From contig OZ024745.1 of the NCBI GenBank assembly GCA_964016885.1, forward strand, positions 86,366,001-86,430,000: a DNA stretch of 64,000 nt. The letters run 5' to 3'. The notes under the pieces are model-generated. The model made no database searches and was not told the origin of the DNA. It was given only the letters and a program-made list of their open reading frames with translations. This document shows positions 16,859 to 30,293 of the stretch, piece after piece (position 1 is the first letter of the stretch; each line of letters starts with the position of its first letter). The position numbers were made by a program, and so were the translations under genes. Origin of the DNA: Eledone cirrhosa (lineage: Eukaryota).

Positions 16859-16973
16859 ATATATATATGTATATTATATATATAGATTATATATATATTA
16901 TATATATATTATATATATATATATAGTATATTATATATATATATATTATTATATACATACATTATATATTATT

Positions 16974-17006
<33 letters not shown>

Positions 17007-17065
17007 TATTAATATTATATATGTATATTAGTATATATATATATATTATATACATACATTATATA

Positions 17066-17103
<38 letters not shown>

Positions 17104-17172
17104 CATACATTATATATTTATATTATATATATATATATATATTATATTATATACATACATTATATATTATAT

Positions 17173-17203
<31 letters not shown>

Positions 17204-17269
17204 TATATACATACATTATATATTTATATATATAGTATATATATATTATATACATACATTATATATATA

Positions 17270-17316
<47 letters not shown>

Positions 17317-17458
17317 TATATATATTATATTATATATATATATATATATTATATATATATATTATATATATATATAATAATATATATATATATAATATAA
17401 TATATATATATATTATATTAATATATATTTATAATATATATATTTAATATATATATAT

Positions 17459-17502
<44 letters not shown>

Positions 17503-17678
17503 TATATATATTAATATATATATATAAATAATATATATATATATGTGATATATTATATTATAATATTATATATATATAATATATATATATAATATATATA
17601 TATATATTATATATATATATTATTATATATATATTATATATATTAATATTATATATATATATATATATTATATATATA

Positions 17679-17718
<40 letters not shown>

Positions 17719-18128
17719 ATATATATATATTATATATATATATTATATATATATATTAATTATATATATATATTATATATATCATATATATATATATATA
17801 TATTATAATATATATTATATATTTATATTATATATATATTATATATATATATTATATATTATATATTATATATATATATATATATTATATATATATATAT
17901 TAAATATATATATATATATATATAATATATTATAATATATATATATATATATATTATAATATAATATTTATATTTTATATATATTATATAATATTATATA
18001 TATATATTATATATATATTATAATTATATTATATATATTATATTATATATATATTTATATATTATATATTATATATATATATATTATATTATATATATAT
18101 ATTATATATATTTATATATTATATATAT
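15849..18128. repeat. Noisy (TA)n microsatellite
   Basis: Direct reading. Confidence 0.97.
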
Positions 18129-19346
18129 AGTTCTGTTTGTAAGAAAGAAAATAAGGCGGCGGTCCCCTCCGGGAAGTGGCCAATGCGCAGAGTGTAGGAA
18201 AGGCGTAGGTAGAAATTCCATTTTGTGTCCCAAATGCAAAGTTTGGGTGCATAAAAGATGTAGTGGGATCACAGGTAAGCTAAGAACATAGATTTTACAT
18301 GTGGCCGGTGTTCTGGGGAAATAAGTAGCAGCAAGTGCCTACAAAATACTAGCTCTTTCAACTGCGCAGAGGGTTCTATAGAAATAGTGGACAGCTTCCG
18401 TTACCTGGGTGACAAAATCAGCAGTGGGGGAGGGTGCTCTGAAAGTACAGTAGCTAGAGTCAGAGCAGGGTGGAAAAAGTTCAGAGAGCTTATACCACTA
18501 TTAGCCGCTAAAGGGTTCTCCCTAAAAATGAAAGGCAGGCTGTACGATGCCTGCATACGAACAGCAATGTTGCATAGCAGTGAGACCTGGGCATTGTGTG
18601 CAGAGGATATAAGCAGACTAGAGAGAAACGAAGCTTGCATGCTCCGCTGGATGTGTAATAGTAATATACGTGAACGACAAAGCATAAACGAACTAAGGAA
18701 AAAATTAGAAATAAGAGGGATCAGATGTTGTTTACTAGAGAGAAGGCTACGTTGGTATGGTCACGTGATGCGCATGAAGGACGATAGCTGTATAACAAAG
18801 TGCAGGGCAATAAAGATAGACGGTAGCCACGGAATAGGCAGACCCAGAAAAACCTGGGGCGAGCTGATAAACTCCGACCTCACACACTTACACCTCACCA
18901 AGACAATGTCACTGGACCGAGACCTTTGGCGGTACTCAGTAATAGAGAAGACCCGCCTTACCTAAATATAAAGTAAAACCTACTACAGTCATTAGGCATC
19001 TCTAACAAAATACACCCCGTCCCACCACCCCCACCCCATCGACACCGCCCCCTTCTATGTAAAGTTATGTTGGTGCCACACCATCCAGGCCGAAACAAAT
19101 GAGATCGTGTAGGTGTCACGACAAAAAAACACACAGTGCACGCTGTAATGTGGCCGTGTAGGCAACACAGTAAAAACCTCCCAGACCCACACTGTAAATG
19201 TGGTTGGTGTTAGGAAGGGCATCCAACTGTAGAAAACCTGCCAGACAGTCCTATGCGAGCAAGACAATCACTCTTGCCTCAAGTGGGAATACCCCCGTCC
19301 AAACCCATGCAAGCTTGGAACACAGACGTTAAACGTTGATGATGAT
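18129..19346 (+). mobile_element. RTE LINE family A, 5'-truncated 3' fragment with 3' UTR and (GAT)n tail
   Basis: ORF 18387-18965 nearly identical to the C-terminus of the 30692-33667 ORF; ends AACGTT(GAT)3. Confidence 0.93.
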
Positions 19347-19527
19347 AATATATATATACGTAAGAAACAAACTAATTGTAAAGAATAATAATTGTAAAGA
19401 ATAATACAGATTTGTATATACTTAATACTTCGAGTTCCTCGACTAATTTGTCTCTGTTATGGCGGATATAGGGGGAGGGTAATGGAGTGTTACCGGCATT
19501 TCTGTTGGTGTCGTGGTTTAACGATAA

Positions 19528-19959
19528 TGTACTCAAGGGGTCCCACATAATTAGGGGTATTTGCTGTTGGTGTCATGATTTATCAGTGATGTACTCTCAG
19601 GTTCTAAATAATAGGCGGGGGATTTAGGTGGATGTTACCCACATTACTCTTAGTATCATGATTGAACAAGGAACTCTCGGGTCCCAAATAATAGGGGAGT
19701 GATGGAAAATCGATAATTTTTCTAGGTTGTCTCTGTTTATTTAAAAAAAAACAGAATTAGTAATTTAGTTTACATGACCCCAACCCATCCCATCCCATCC
19801 TATTTATTTTATGACAAGGGATTTCTAGTAATGTACCTTTTTTTTGTCGTTTATAATGTCTTTTTAAACTTAAAATAAAATTTCGCCGGGGATAGATGAA
19901 CAAAATTTAATAAGCGAGGGGTGGTGTGTGTGTATGTGATTATTCGAGACCCGAGAGTA
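19528..19959. mobile_element. Probable MITE remnant with a tandemly repeated left end
   Basis: ACTCTCGGGTCCCAAATAAT (~19673) versus ATTATTCGAGACCCGAGAGTA (ends 19959); diverged left-end copies near 19528 and 19592. Confidence 0.4.
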
Positions 19960-20362
19960 TTTGAAAAGGAAATATGAAATGGTGACGTTCATGTGTCTCT
20001 CGAATTTATTTGTAACAACACTAACTACAATAAATTAGGTAATACAGGTGTAGTACGGGTAAGAAACACACACACATTTATAAATATGTAGTAACTGGTA
20101 CAAAGACGCGCTCTTTCTCTCTTGCAAAGATGCACACACACATACTTGCAAGAGACATACTGTCGTGATGAGCTAGTGTGTGTGTCTGTGTGACATTGGC
20201 GTGGATGAAAGAGAATGGTTTGTGGTAGTTAAGCATGAGGTCTGTATGATGAGATTAAAAGTGTGTCAATAGCCACAGAGAGACTATTTTCTCTCTCTCT
20301 CCACACACACACACGATAGGGAGTGAGACTGTTTTATGTGTATATATAAATAACTATATATA

Positions 20363-20800
20363 CTAGCAGAAAAACCATCCAACGGGTATATTGATATTAT
20401 ACACAAATATAAATGCATGTAATAAAATCGTAATTGACAATATACACAGAAATTGAACAAAGCCTATGTTACACTGTTTTCTGTAATCAGTAATCCATGT
20501 TATATTAAAAAAAGACATTATATATAAACTGCATTAGGAGAAAATTACCGACGGAAATATATGTGATTATAAGTGTTATAATATACCGGCCGCTAACCGG
20601 AAGTGTTGACATTTGATAATTTTAAAGAAGTGAATTTTAAAGATTAAACTATAAAATATATTTAATCAACAGCCACGAAATTTAGCACATAAATTATGTA
20701 ATTCATTATTTATTCAAAGTAATCCAATTTATTTTACAAACGGGGTAAAAAAAAATATTCTGGACGCAATCCCGCAGACCTTCCTTTATTATAGTTAAGA
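20363..20800 (-). mobile_element. Probable non-autonomous Helitron
   Basis: Minus strand begins TCTTAACTATAATAAAGG and ends with an imperfect short hairpin followed by CTAG|T; the 5' flank base is not the expected A. Confidence 0.55.
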
Positions 20801-20938
20801 ATGTCATGTGAATGATAGACATTGACTAGCGGTGTAATTATATTACTAGTTTTATTAGTGTTATTACATCATAGTTAACTTGTCTTTGCTATATTACCTG
20901 CCGTTTTTTTTGGCACGTTAGATAATAATGGTATATAT

Positions 20939-21208
20939 ATCATCATCGTTTAACGTCCATTTTCCACGCTAGCATGGGTCTGGACGGGAATTGTTCCACT
21001 TGAGGCAAGATTGGTTGTCTTGCTCAGGACTGTCTGGCGGGTTTTCTACGGCTGGATGCCCTTCCTAACACCAACCACGTTTACAGTGTGGACTGGGAGG
21101 TTTTTACCGTGTTACCTACACGACCACATTACAGCGTGGACTGTGTGTTTTTTTGTCGTGACACCTACACAACCTCATTTATTTCGGACTGGATGTTGTG
21201 GTACCAAC
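20939..21208 (-). mobile_element. RTE family A 3' UTR fragment
   Basis: Matches the 3' UTRs at 55843-56120 and 30294-30590; (CAT)n tail on the left. Confidence 0.85.
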
Positions 21209-21255
21209 GTGTGTGTATATATTGTGTATGTAAATATATATAGATATATATATTT

Positions 21256-21633
21256 TCATTTCATTTTACGTCCGCTTTTCCCTGCTTGCAAGAGTGGGAC
21301 GGGAACTGATTCTGGTTTGATTTCTACAGCAGGATGCCCTTCCTTACACCAACCTCATTTACAGTGAGTGCTGGGTGCTTTTTTTTCGTGGCGCCTACAC
21401 GTCCACTTCAGTGTGGGCTTGGTGCTTTTTTGCCGTGGCAACTCCACGACCATTTTGCAGTGGAATGATAGGGACCCCAGTCCCTATCATCTCATTTCTA
21501 CAGCTGAGTAAACTGGAACAATGTGAAATAAAGTGTCTTGCTCAAGGAAACAACACATCACCCGGTCTGAGAATTGAACTCACAACCTTTCGATTGCAAG
21601 GCCAATGCTCTAACCACTAAGCCATGTGCCTCC
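21256..21633 (-). mobile_element. tRNA-derived SINE with an RTE family B-like tail
   Basis: Head GGAGGCACATGGCTTAGTGG (A box)...GAGTTCAATTC (B box); central CCTTGAGCAAGACACTTTA; tail matches the RTE-B 3' UTR (~37553-37687). Confidence 0.88.
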
Positions 21634-21734
21634 ATATTGTGTGTGTATATGTATAAATATATATGTATATATTATACACACGCACATGTGTATATATGGA
21701 AGACAGCAGTAATAAAACAAATAGCACTACATAT

Positions 21735-21771
21735 ATCCTGATGATGTGACTAAAAGCCTAGAAACGTTGAT
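21735..21771 (+). ncRNA. Degenerate minimal hammerhead motif
   Basis: ATC-CTGATGA-TGTGACTAAAAGCCTA-GAAAC-GTT^GAT: 3-bp stem I, palindromic AACGTT stem III, decayed stem II. Confidence 0.5.
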
Positions 21772-22330
21772 TAGATTGTGGATATAGGAAGTTTATTGTT
21801 GCAAACAAGCTGCAATGGTCTAATAAGAAAATGATAAAACGTGTAACTCGTGTTTCTCATAACATATATAATGAGGGTGTACAGAAATACAAAGGAAAAA
21901 TAATTAGGTAGTGAACATTCAGCTTTTGGATCTTGCTTTTCATGTTTGTTTATCATGCAATATTTTATATAAAACCTTTATACTCCAAACACCAGATAGT
22001 GAAAAGGTTATATTACTAAATCTGTTTAAATTGTTGATTTTCAAAACTATTTGAAAATCATTAACAGTGACAAAAATGACGGTTAATTGTAATATCTATA
22101 CATAATATATATATAAAAAAAGAGGTTTGTTGGTTGGTTCCTTTGCGCTCACTCACACAAGTGATACAAACACATGGCCAATGTGTGTAGCCAATTTGCT
22201 GTACATATACACACACAGGTGTGACGATTGTTAGATGCTGCTTTCTGTAGTTTGTCATCACCTCTTCCTTCCTCAGTTATCTCTAGTGTGTGACGGACAA
22301 ATACATATTGGATTTTATTATATTACTGAT

Positions 22331-22522
22331 GGCGGTGGATTGGCAGTATCAGTTGAGGGTCGGACGCCATGCTTTCCAGCATAGTTACGTCCCTTTACGA
22401 TCTGAGTTCAAATCCCGCCGAGGTTGGACTTTGCCTTTCATCCTTACGGGGTCGATAAAATAAAGTACCAGTAATGCACTGGGTAATTGCTGGCCTTGTG
22501 CCTAAAGTAGAAACAATTATAT
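22331..22522 (+). mobile_element. tRNA-derived SINE with Deu/Nin-like domain
   Basis: B box GAGTTCAAATCC followed by CTTTGCCTTTCATCCTTACGGGGTCGATAAAATAAAGTACCAG; 5'-truncated copy at 27268-27372. Confidence 0.8.
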
Positions 22523-23351
22523 TACTGATGGTAACAAGAGGAATAAAAGTAGTCTCTTCTGAATAGTCAGAAGAAATTACTGGAGGTGAGATGTGAAAGA
22601 AAAGCAGTTTGCATACAGCTGAACCCACAAGATTTGTTGTTTAGCCCTAGGTCCTGATTTAGGTCTATGACCAAAGGCCTTTTAGTGATAACCATTCTAG
22701 TCACAATCCTTTGTCATCACCGCTGAGTCTCAGTGATTTGCAGTCTGATCTCACAACCTCTGCCCAGGTCTTTCTTGGTCTACCTCTACCTTGGCTTTCT
22801 TCCACTGGCATTTTGTGGCACTTCTTCACCTAATGATCATTGTCCCTGCGCATCACATGTCAAAATCAACAGTCTTCTCTCCTGCACACCACCTCGATTC
22901 TATCAAAGGTTTATTCACCACAGTTACCCTGAAAATATGAGTCCTTATTGTTTCACAGTAGATTGCTTGAAATAAAAAAAAAAAAGCCGTTGTTAGGCAA
23001 TTTATCTTGGTTTCAATTTGCTGTTTGATTCAGCTAAACAACACCATGAAAATGGATATGAGCCAATGATAGAACCTCTGTAATTGCTTAATTTGCTAAA
23101 AATCTTCTTTCAATCAAACTATATCACTTTAAAAAAAGGGCAAAGACACATTAGGTCAGTGAGATAACCTTTTTCAGAAGGTGGACCTCAAAATTTATGA
23201 GGGAAACTTCGTGGACCTGCTGGAAGGAGTGTTTGAGGACTCTGCCCCCATGACTCAGGAATAAGTGGGCAAAGAAGAAACTTTGTGGACCACTTAATGT
23301 TTACTTTTGTGTTAGGCCACACAGTAGGACCACTGAAAACTAGGTTTAGAC

Positions 23352-23655
23352 CAGTGGTTCTCAACGGTGGGCCTGGAAATTTTTTCAGACTTTCTTGGAA
23401 CTTAAGATCACACAAAATTTAAATGCAGTCGGGATCATATGGGGGTAAGTGTTCCAGAATGCTCTTTGAGCACTGACCCTGGCAATTTCTAGTGAGTAAA
23501 GTGGGCCGGAAGAACAAAAAGATTGAGAAGGACTAGTATATATCATGTGGGGGTTATAGTCCGGAATAGCTTTTGAGCACTAGTTTAAAAGTGGGCCCGG
23601 ACATTTTTCGGGAGCTAAAAGTGGGCTTGGGGGTCAAAAAGGTTGAGAAACACTG
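23352..23655. mobile_element. hAT (Charlie-like) MITE
   Basis: TIRs CAGTGGTTCTCAAC / GTTGAGAAACACTG with a perfect 8-bp TSD GTTTAGAC (23344-23351, 23656-23663). Confidence 0.92.
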
Positions 23656-26600
23656 GTTTAGACTACCCATGTTATACGTCACTGCACTAGAGTCCTAGAT
23701 CTCGCCCAAAAGACAGAATTGTCATGGTTGGAATGCTTTAGATCATTGGTGTGCTTGATCAGCTTTGACCTGGAATTAAATAATGGTGGGGAAGGGAAAG
23801 TCGATTAAATCGACCCCAGTATTAAATTAATAATGAGAAAAACGTCTGTTTCATAAACCAAATACAATATGTTGATAATTCTGACAAAAATGTTGTTTGG
23901 CAGGATATTGTGTATGAGTGGAGGTATTTTATAACAATAGCTTTCTTGACACGTTTTTCTAAGAAAAAAACTGAAATTAACTATGGCATCTATTGTTAAT
24001 GTTATGTAATGTGAAGGAAATGTAGTGGGCAAGAGTAGACAAGTTATATAATGTCAAGTATTTCTAAAAAAGTTATATTTATTGTGGTTGAGATATTTTA
24101 ACATTGTCCCTGCCAGTACAGTCAGGCATTGTATTCTACTAATAAAGCCATTTTATATAGTGGTTGTCCTCGTTCTGCAGTGACACATAGGTTTTAGAAA
24201 CTGAATCAGATCTTGACAAACATAGCATTTACAGAAGAGAATTAAAATATTTTGATATTGAATGAGTTGGTTATCTCGAAGAGATGACATTGTGATAAAG
24301 ATAGCACCTTGACTTCTATAAGGATAGTTGTAGGACTTGCTTTCATCATCATCACTGTTTAATGTTCATTTTTCCATGCTTGCAGGAGTTAGACGATTTG
24401 TTCTGTTGTGGGCCCAGCCAGATCACATAATATCGAATTTATGTATGATATTTTGAGAATAATACCTTAACATCAGTATGAGTGGTCCGTTAAGATCAGT
24501 TTGAACAGAAAAGGATGAGAGAATTCTGGCCAGATATGGCCGGTTTAAATTCTAAGAAACAGTTGACATTATCACACATACACAACATATACTTCAGGCT
24601 ATCGTAGTTCCTTGACAAATGGATGTGGGAGCTCTATATATTTGCTAGACCTACTCAAATATGTAGCCAAATCTCTCTAAAATAACATATTAATCAATCT
24701 AATCTTAGATACACAAGACCTGACAAAACAAAAAAAAGGTGTGCTCAGAGTTGACCTAAGACTGAAAAATAGTAACTATTCCTTACTTTATTTTTTATCA
24801 AAGGTGTACTCAGTTGGCCTAAGACTGAATAACAGTAACTATCCGTTACTCTGAGTGCATCCTTCAACTTAGATAATATATAGATTGTAGAACCTGTTCT
24901 AACAGTATAGTGGTCAATATGTATTGTTTGCACTACTATTGTATGTACCTGAGTGCGCAAACTTATTTCTATAGCAGTTTTTTTCCTGTTATTGATTTTT
25001 GTGTATATAACCTGTTGGTTGTTTTAGCATTTGTCTTATTTTTACTTATTTTCTGTCATGTGACTCAACTGGTTGTCATGTGATCAGTACTATTTGACCT
25101 AGCTAACATTTCAATGGAAGAGCTTAGGCTATGCAGTTGGATAAAGTGTATAGAAGTTAAGAACCATGCATGACTAAAGTTTTACTTGGATTAATTTACT
25201 GAGATGTCATTACTGGACACCGAGAAATAATTTGTAATGTCAGCTGCACTTTTAAATGTACGCTATCTATATATGCATGAATGTGTTGTAAATTATGTTT
25301 GCACTTAGTAAAAAAAAAAAAGAGAAAATATCTTTATCTCCCCCTCTCATATTTTTGAGTCATTCGTAATTATTTTTTTCGGCTTGAGAACTTTAATTTT
25401 GAACACATTTAGTGGTGAGTGGGTGTTGAGAAGAAATGAGAGAAATATATAAAAAGAAATAAAATGCTTCTTTAATGTGAAATTTAGTATATGATGTTTG
25501 GTAATGTGCTAAGTTGAATCATATATTTCTGTAAAATGTTTATTCCAGCAAAGCTGTCGTTGTAAGAAGTCGTTTTATCTTTGAAAGTCTTATTCAATTG
25601 GTAATTACTGAAATATATTTTCATGAGTAGAAAAGAAATAGGAAAGGAGTTGATCATCAGATCAGATCAAGGAAACATTTTCATTGGATTTTTTGTTGTT
25701 CATACTATCTGTTGTACCATTAGGTTCAGGAATCAAACTGATGACCTTGTGATTCAGAGTCCAATATTCTAACCACTAGGCCACATGCTTTTACAAGAAC
25801 ATTACACTTAGCATTGTCTTTTAGTAAAGATATAAAATTGTGTACATTGTGTATCCTGGTTTTCAGAATACATACACAATATCCCTGTATGTCGTATGAG
25901 ACAAAAAGGGTTTGCCTCAAGAAAAGCATCTGGTTGTAAAAACATTCTCAAAACATCTCCAACATATGTCCGGAAAAGTGGACTAAGAGAGAATACAATG
26001 GTTTGTTTATATAATAGAATTTTTACAGAATGGTATTCTACAATAGTTTTAAAATGTCTTTTAGATACCAATGTTTTAGATTTAAAGACAAATAGTAACA
26101 GGCAGCAAACTTTCACTGTTTTTCAAAACTTGATCCAGAGAAATTGTGAATAGTTTCCTAAATAGACTACATTCCTCACTGTCCTGTTAGCATGGTTTGG
26201 ATCCTGTGGATTTTGGCACCAGTTGTTTTTGAAAATGCAACACTTATTAGATGAGTTTGAAAACTAATACATACCCAATTATTTTGAGTTTAGAAAGTAG
26301 TTCAGGCCTGATCATAAGTTCTAAAACTTATCCATCCATGTTCAATCAGCATGACTTTGAAAATAAGAGATAGCAACAATGAAATGCATGTTGGATATCT
26401 TACATATTTATGTGATTAGTATCATTTAACGAGGCCAACAGTTTGATTATGTGGAGCTTTGGTCATGCCATTGAATAAGGTTTTTTTGCAGTAAAGGATC
26501 ACACAATTATGGTAGCTATACATGGATATTACTCTGTGTGACTTTACTGGATCTAAAAAATAAGACTCATATTTACCACCATGTCATGTTGAATGCTGGT

Positions 26601-27523
26601 CTGTGTATTTATTGCCCAAATAACTTAGAAATAATAAAATGAAAATCCTTATCCTCATTACACATCCATTTTCCATGCTATGAAATCAATATTTTCAAAA
26701 CATTTTAGTTTACTTACTAATCCTGAATAAAAAAGGATTTCCTTGCTTCAGTAGTTTCTGAGGCACAACAGCAAGACACTGAAACAATTAACCTAACAAA
26801 CAATTCAGAACAAAAATAGTGTCTTGATCATTTGCCGTTTCTGTTGGCAATGGCGTAGAAAATAGTCAGTATGAAGTCATAAAAAATGTGAATTAATGCA
26901 TTACGGTTAACACTGAACTTAGTTGCTTTTCACCTATGAGAATATTGTAAACACACACACACACACAAACAAATCCCACTAAAGATAATACTGCAACTGT
27001 TTCAAGTTATAAGTGGTGAGAGAAAAGGGTTGTGAATGTTAGCATTGTTGTTTATTAGTTACTATTTTTAGGTGTCTGCCTGAATTAGTAGTGAAAGCAT
27101 TGATTTGTAATAGCTGAAATAGCTGCAGCAGTGAGAGTTAAGCTTTACTGGTGTTATGTGGTACTTCTAAACTGTAATTGTGTGTGTGAGAGAGAGATCA
27201 TCATTGAAATGTGGTGGTGGTTAAGTGATAGTAATAAAGAAAATTGAACATTATATAAAATATATCTCGCTGAGGTTGACTTTGCCTTTCATCCTTACGG
27301 GGTCCATAAAATAAAGTACCAGTAATGCACTGGGTAATTGCTGGCCTTGTGCCAAAAGTAGAAACAATTATATAAAATATATACCACATAAGTAATGTGT
27401 GTGTGTGGTATGTTGGAGTGACAGACAAGTACTTTTAGTTGAACTTCCTAAATCATGTTTGGTATAATTTAGTCTGTTCTTTTGTTTTTCAGGAAATATT
27501 TTTTTCCAGTTTGTTGAAGTTCT

Positions 27524-27971
27524 TATCTGGCCAGAATTCTCTCACCTCCTTCTGTTCAAACTGGTTGTAACCAGCCCCTCATACTGATGTTAAGGTATTA
27601 TCTCAAAATAAATAACATCAAAATCTCCTAGATTATATATTATGTGAAATAATTATGTAAGATAAAGCCTTTACCACAAAAATACAATAGTATATATAGA
27701 GTAATGTAAATGCTAAAGGTTACAAAAACCTTAGACTACTGAATAAGTTGTAAATTGAATGTTTAACCCTTTAGCATTTACATATACTATTGTATTTTTG
27801 CAGTAAAGGCTTTACCTAACATAATAGCACACATAATATCGAATCTGAGATTTTGATGTTATTTTTTTTTAGAACAATACCTTATAAGTACCAGTAGCCA
27901 GTTATGGCCAGTTTGAACAGAAAGAGATGACAGAATTCTGGCCAGATATGGTCTGTTTAAATACTAAAGGG
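27524..27971. mobile_element. Two oppositely oriented piggyBac-type MITE copies (27524-27719 and 27767-27971)
   Basis: Same family as 48071-48256 and 52325-52544; TTAA-CCCTTTAGCA start at 27763. Confidence 0.8.
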
Positions 27972-28974
27972 CTAGGCAAGAAACCAAATATATTTGAGAT
28001 ATTAACGGGATTTGTGTTTTATCATATTCAACAATTTTAACATATGACTTGAAATGGTATTTGACTGGCTTTCGTGATATTAGCTATAATTATAGAAATA
28101 GGATAATTTCCTGAAGGAAATACGCTTTAAACTTCCTGATAGAGATGACACATTGATTATTCTCTCATGTAATATACGAGGGATGCTGAAAAGTTCCTGA
28201 CTTTGGGTAAAAGAAAATACAGGAGGATCAGTTAACTATGATTTGATTCATCACTAGCAGTGTATCCCGGCGTTGCACAGGTAAGAACATTGGTAATAGT
28301 ACCTCCAATGAGAAACGTTTATTTGTGAGTGCCTGTTAAAAACTCACGAAAATATACCGACAGGAAACTTGTTTTATTTGGAGAAAATTAAGAAGTTGAA
28401 AGTACAGTTTAGCTGTCTACGTGCATTGTTCATAGAAATGTTGTTGAGCCCCTTCTTTTCATACTCCTGTTTTGGCCTATTGGAGTAAATGTGAAAGAGA
28501 AAGTCACAGGTTAAGTTGGCAGAAGGTTCCAGTGCAATAGCAGTAAGGTGTAGGCTACTTAACTCAAAAGTTCATTGGCACTCTTTCCACTAAGTTACTC
28601 TTTCTCTCTATCCCTCTTGGTGCAGTCCCTTGCAAATTTCTCGCGTAGGCCTGGTGTAGATTTGTACCCGATCCATCTGCCGGATGCACATGTCCGCTTT
28701 GTACCGCTTTTGGAGGAAGGAGTGACCAGCAGTACGTTGTTCGGTATTATTACGAAAAGGTGTAGCAGAGAATCCCGCGTGAACTAACAGCTCGGGAGGA
28801 AACTGCTTACCTCGAAGATTCATTAGCCATCGTTCTTGTCAACGCTCCGTTTACTTGGTATTTGTTGGTCTACAGTTAAATGAATGGCGCACAAAGGGTT
28901 AATGTTTATTAGCAAGAAGTTTTTTGAATAATAAAAGACTGGTTAAAGCAACCTACAATGTATCTGTGTATATA

Positions 28975-29866
28975 CAAGGTGGGTCAGAAAAGTTCCAGGA
29001 CTGATGTCACAAAAGATTTATTTCAAACTCGAACTTCACACTGAGTTTTCTCTTTCAAAGTAATCCCCCTGGAGTGTAACTGTAATCTTAGCTCTCTGCA
29101 GCGATTAAACTTTTTTCTTCATAATTTTATATACATGTCCTCTGTTTCAGGTTGTCAAGCAATGAACACAGAGCAACGAACAAATTTGAAAACTCCATCA
29201 GAAGCACTGGGATTGCTGCAGCAAGTGTATGGAGATGAGACGATGTCACGCTCACGTGTTTTTGAGTGGTGCAAAAGGTTTAAAGAAGGACGCGAGGACG
29301 TGGAAGATGACTCCAGGAGCAGAAGGCCCTCAACAACCAGGACTGAGGTCAACGTTGAGCGCGTCAGGCAGATGGTGCATAGCGATCGTCGGCTGACTGT
29401 TCGACTGATGGCAAATGAGCTGGGCATGAATCGGGACAGCGTCTGGAAGATTCTCACTGAAGATTTGGACATGCGGAAAGTCTGTGCAAAGATGGTGCCA
29501 AAACTGCTGAACGATGACCAGAAGGGTCGACGCATGCAAGTGTGCCAGGACATCCTCGAGCATCTTGAAACCGAACCAGACTTGCTAGGGACAGTCATCA
29601 CCGGTGATGAGGCATGGATCTTCGAGTACGACCCGGAGGGGACCCGTTTTGAAGACGTGGACGACATCAAAAAGGCTGCGACGACAGAACTGCGGAGGAT
29701 CCCGGAAAAATCCTTCCAGGAGTGCATGCAAGCGTGGCAGAAAAGGATGGAAAAGTGCATTAGGCTCCAGGGGGATTACTTTGAAGGAGAAAACTCTTAG
29801 TCTGAAGTTTGGGTTTGAAATACATCTTTTGTGACATCAGTCCTGGAACTTTTCTGACCCACCTCG
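28975..29866 (+). mobile_element. Internally deleted mariner transposon
   Basis: 43-bp TIRs with one mismatch (28975-29017, 29824-29866), extending imperfectly to ~65 bp; TA TSD; transposase ORF inside. Confidence 0.96.
29135..29800 (+). pseudogene. Mariner transposase with an in-frame deletion of most of the DDD catalytic domain (221 aa)
   Basis: HTH region, KMVPKLL linker and first Asp (ITGDEAW) joined directly to the C-terminal GTRFEDV...GDYFEG; second and third Asp and YSPDL motif absent. Confidence 0.88.
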
Positions 29867-29889
29867 TATATATCTATATATATATATAT

Positions 29890-30176
29890 ATTAAGAAATA
29901 AACCAAAGAAGCCTTCAATACATCAAAAGTCTTTATTAGCCAACAATGTTTCATCCTATTAAGGACTCATCAGGGCAAGTAAAGCTATAAGAAGCACTAT
30001 CGGCCAATACAAGCCAAAAATATGTATACTCCATATTTTTCTGAGTTTTTGGCTTGTATTGGCCGACAGTGCTTCTTATAGCTTTACTTGCCCTGATGAG
30101 TCCTTAATAGGACGAAACATTGTTGGCTAATAAAGACTTTTGATGTATTGAAGGCTTCTTTGGTTTATTTCTTAAT
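29890..30176. repeat. 131-bp inverted repeat (25-bp spacer), Penelope-type inverted pLTR
   Basis: Arms 29890-30020 and 30046-30176 with two mismatches; each arm carries a hammerhead followed by AATAAA. Confidence 0.92.
30090..30127 (+). ncRNA. Minimal hammerhead ribozyme (mirror copy on the minus strand at 29939-29976)
   Basis: GCC-CTGATGA-GTCCT-TAAT-AGGAC-GAAAC-ATT-GTT^GGC: 3-bp stem I, 5-bp stem II, GUU site. Confidence 0.85.
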
Positions 30177-30293
30177 TCTTCGGCTCTGTTTAATTACATT
30201 GAGCTATACCTTTACTGTCATTTCTATAATATGAAGAGGGTGTTTAACTCCAACGCACTCTAGTATTTTAATTCTTATGTGTGTGTGTGTGTG

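Noticed and set aside
20596-20605. ETS motif ACCGGAAGTG as the DHX15 promoter
   Set aside because: It lies inside a probable Helitron and no exon could be tied to it.
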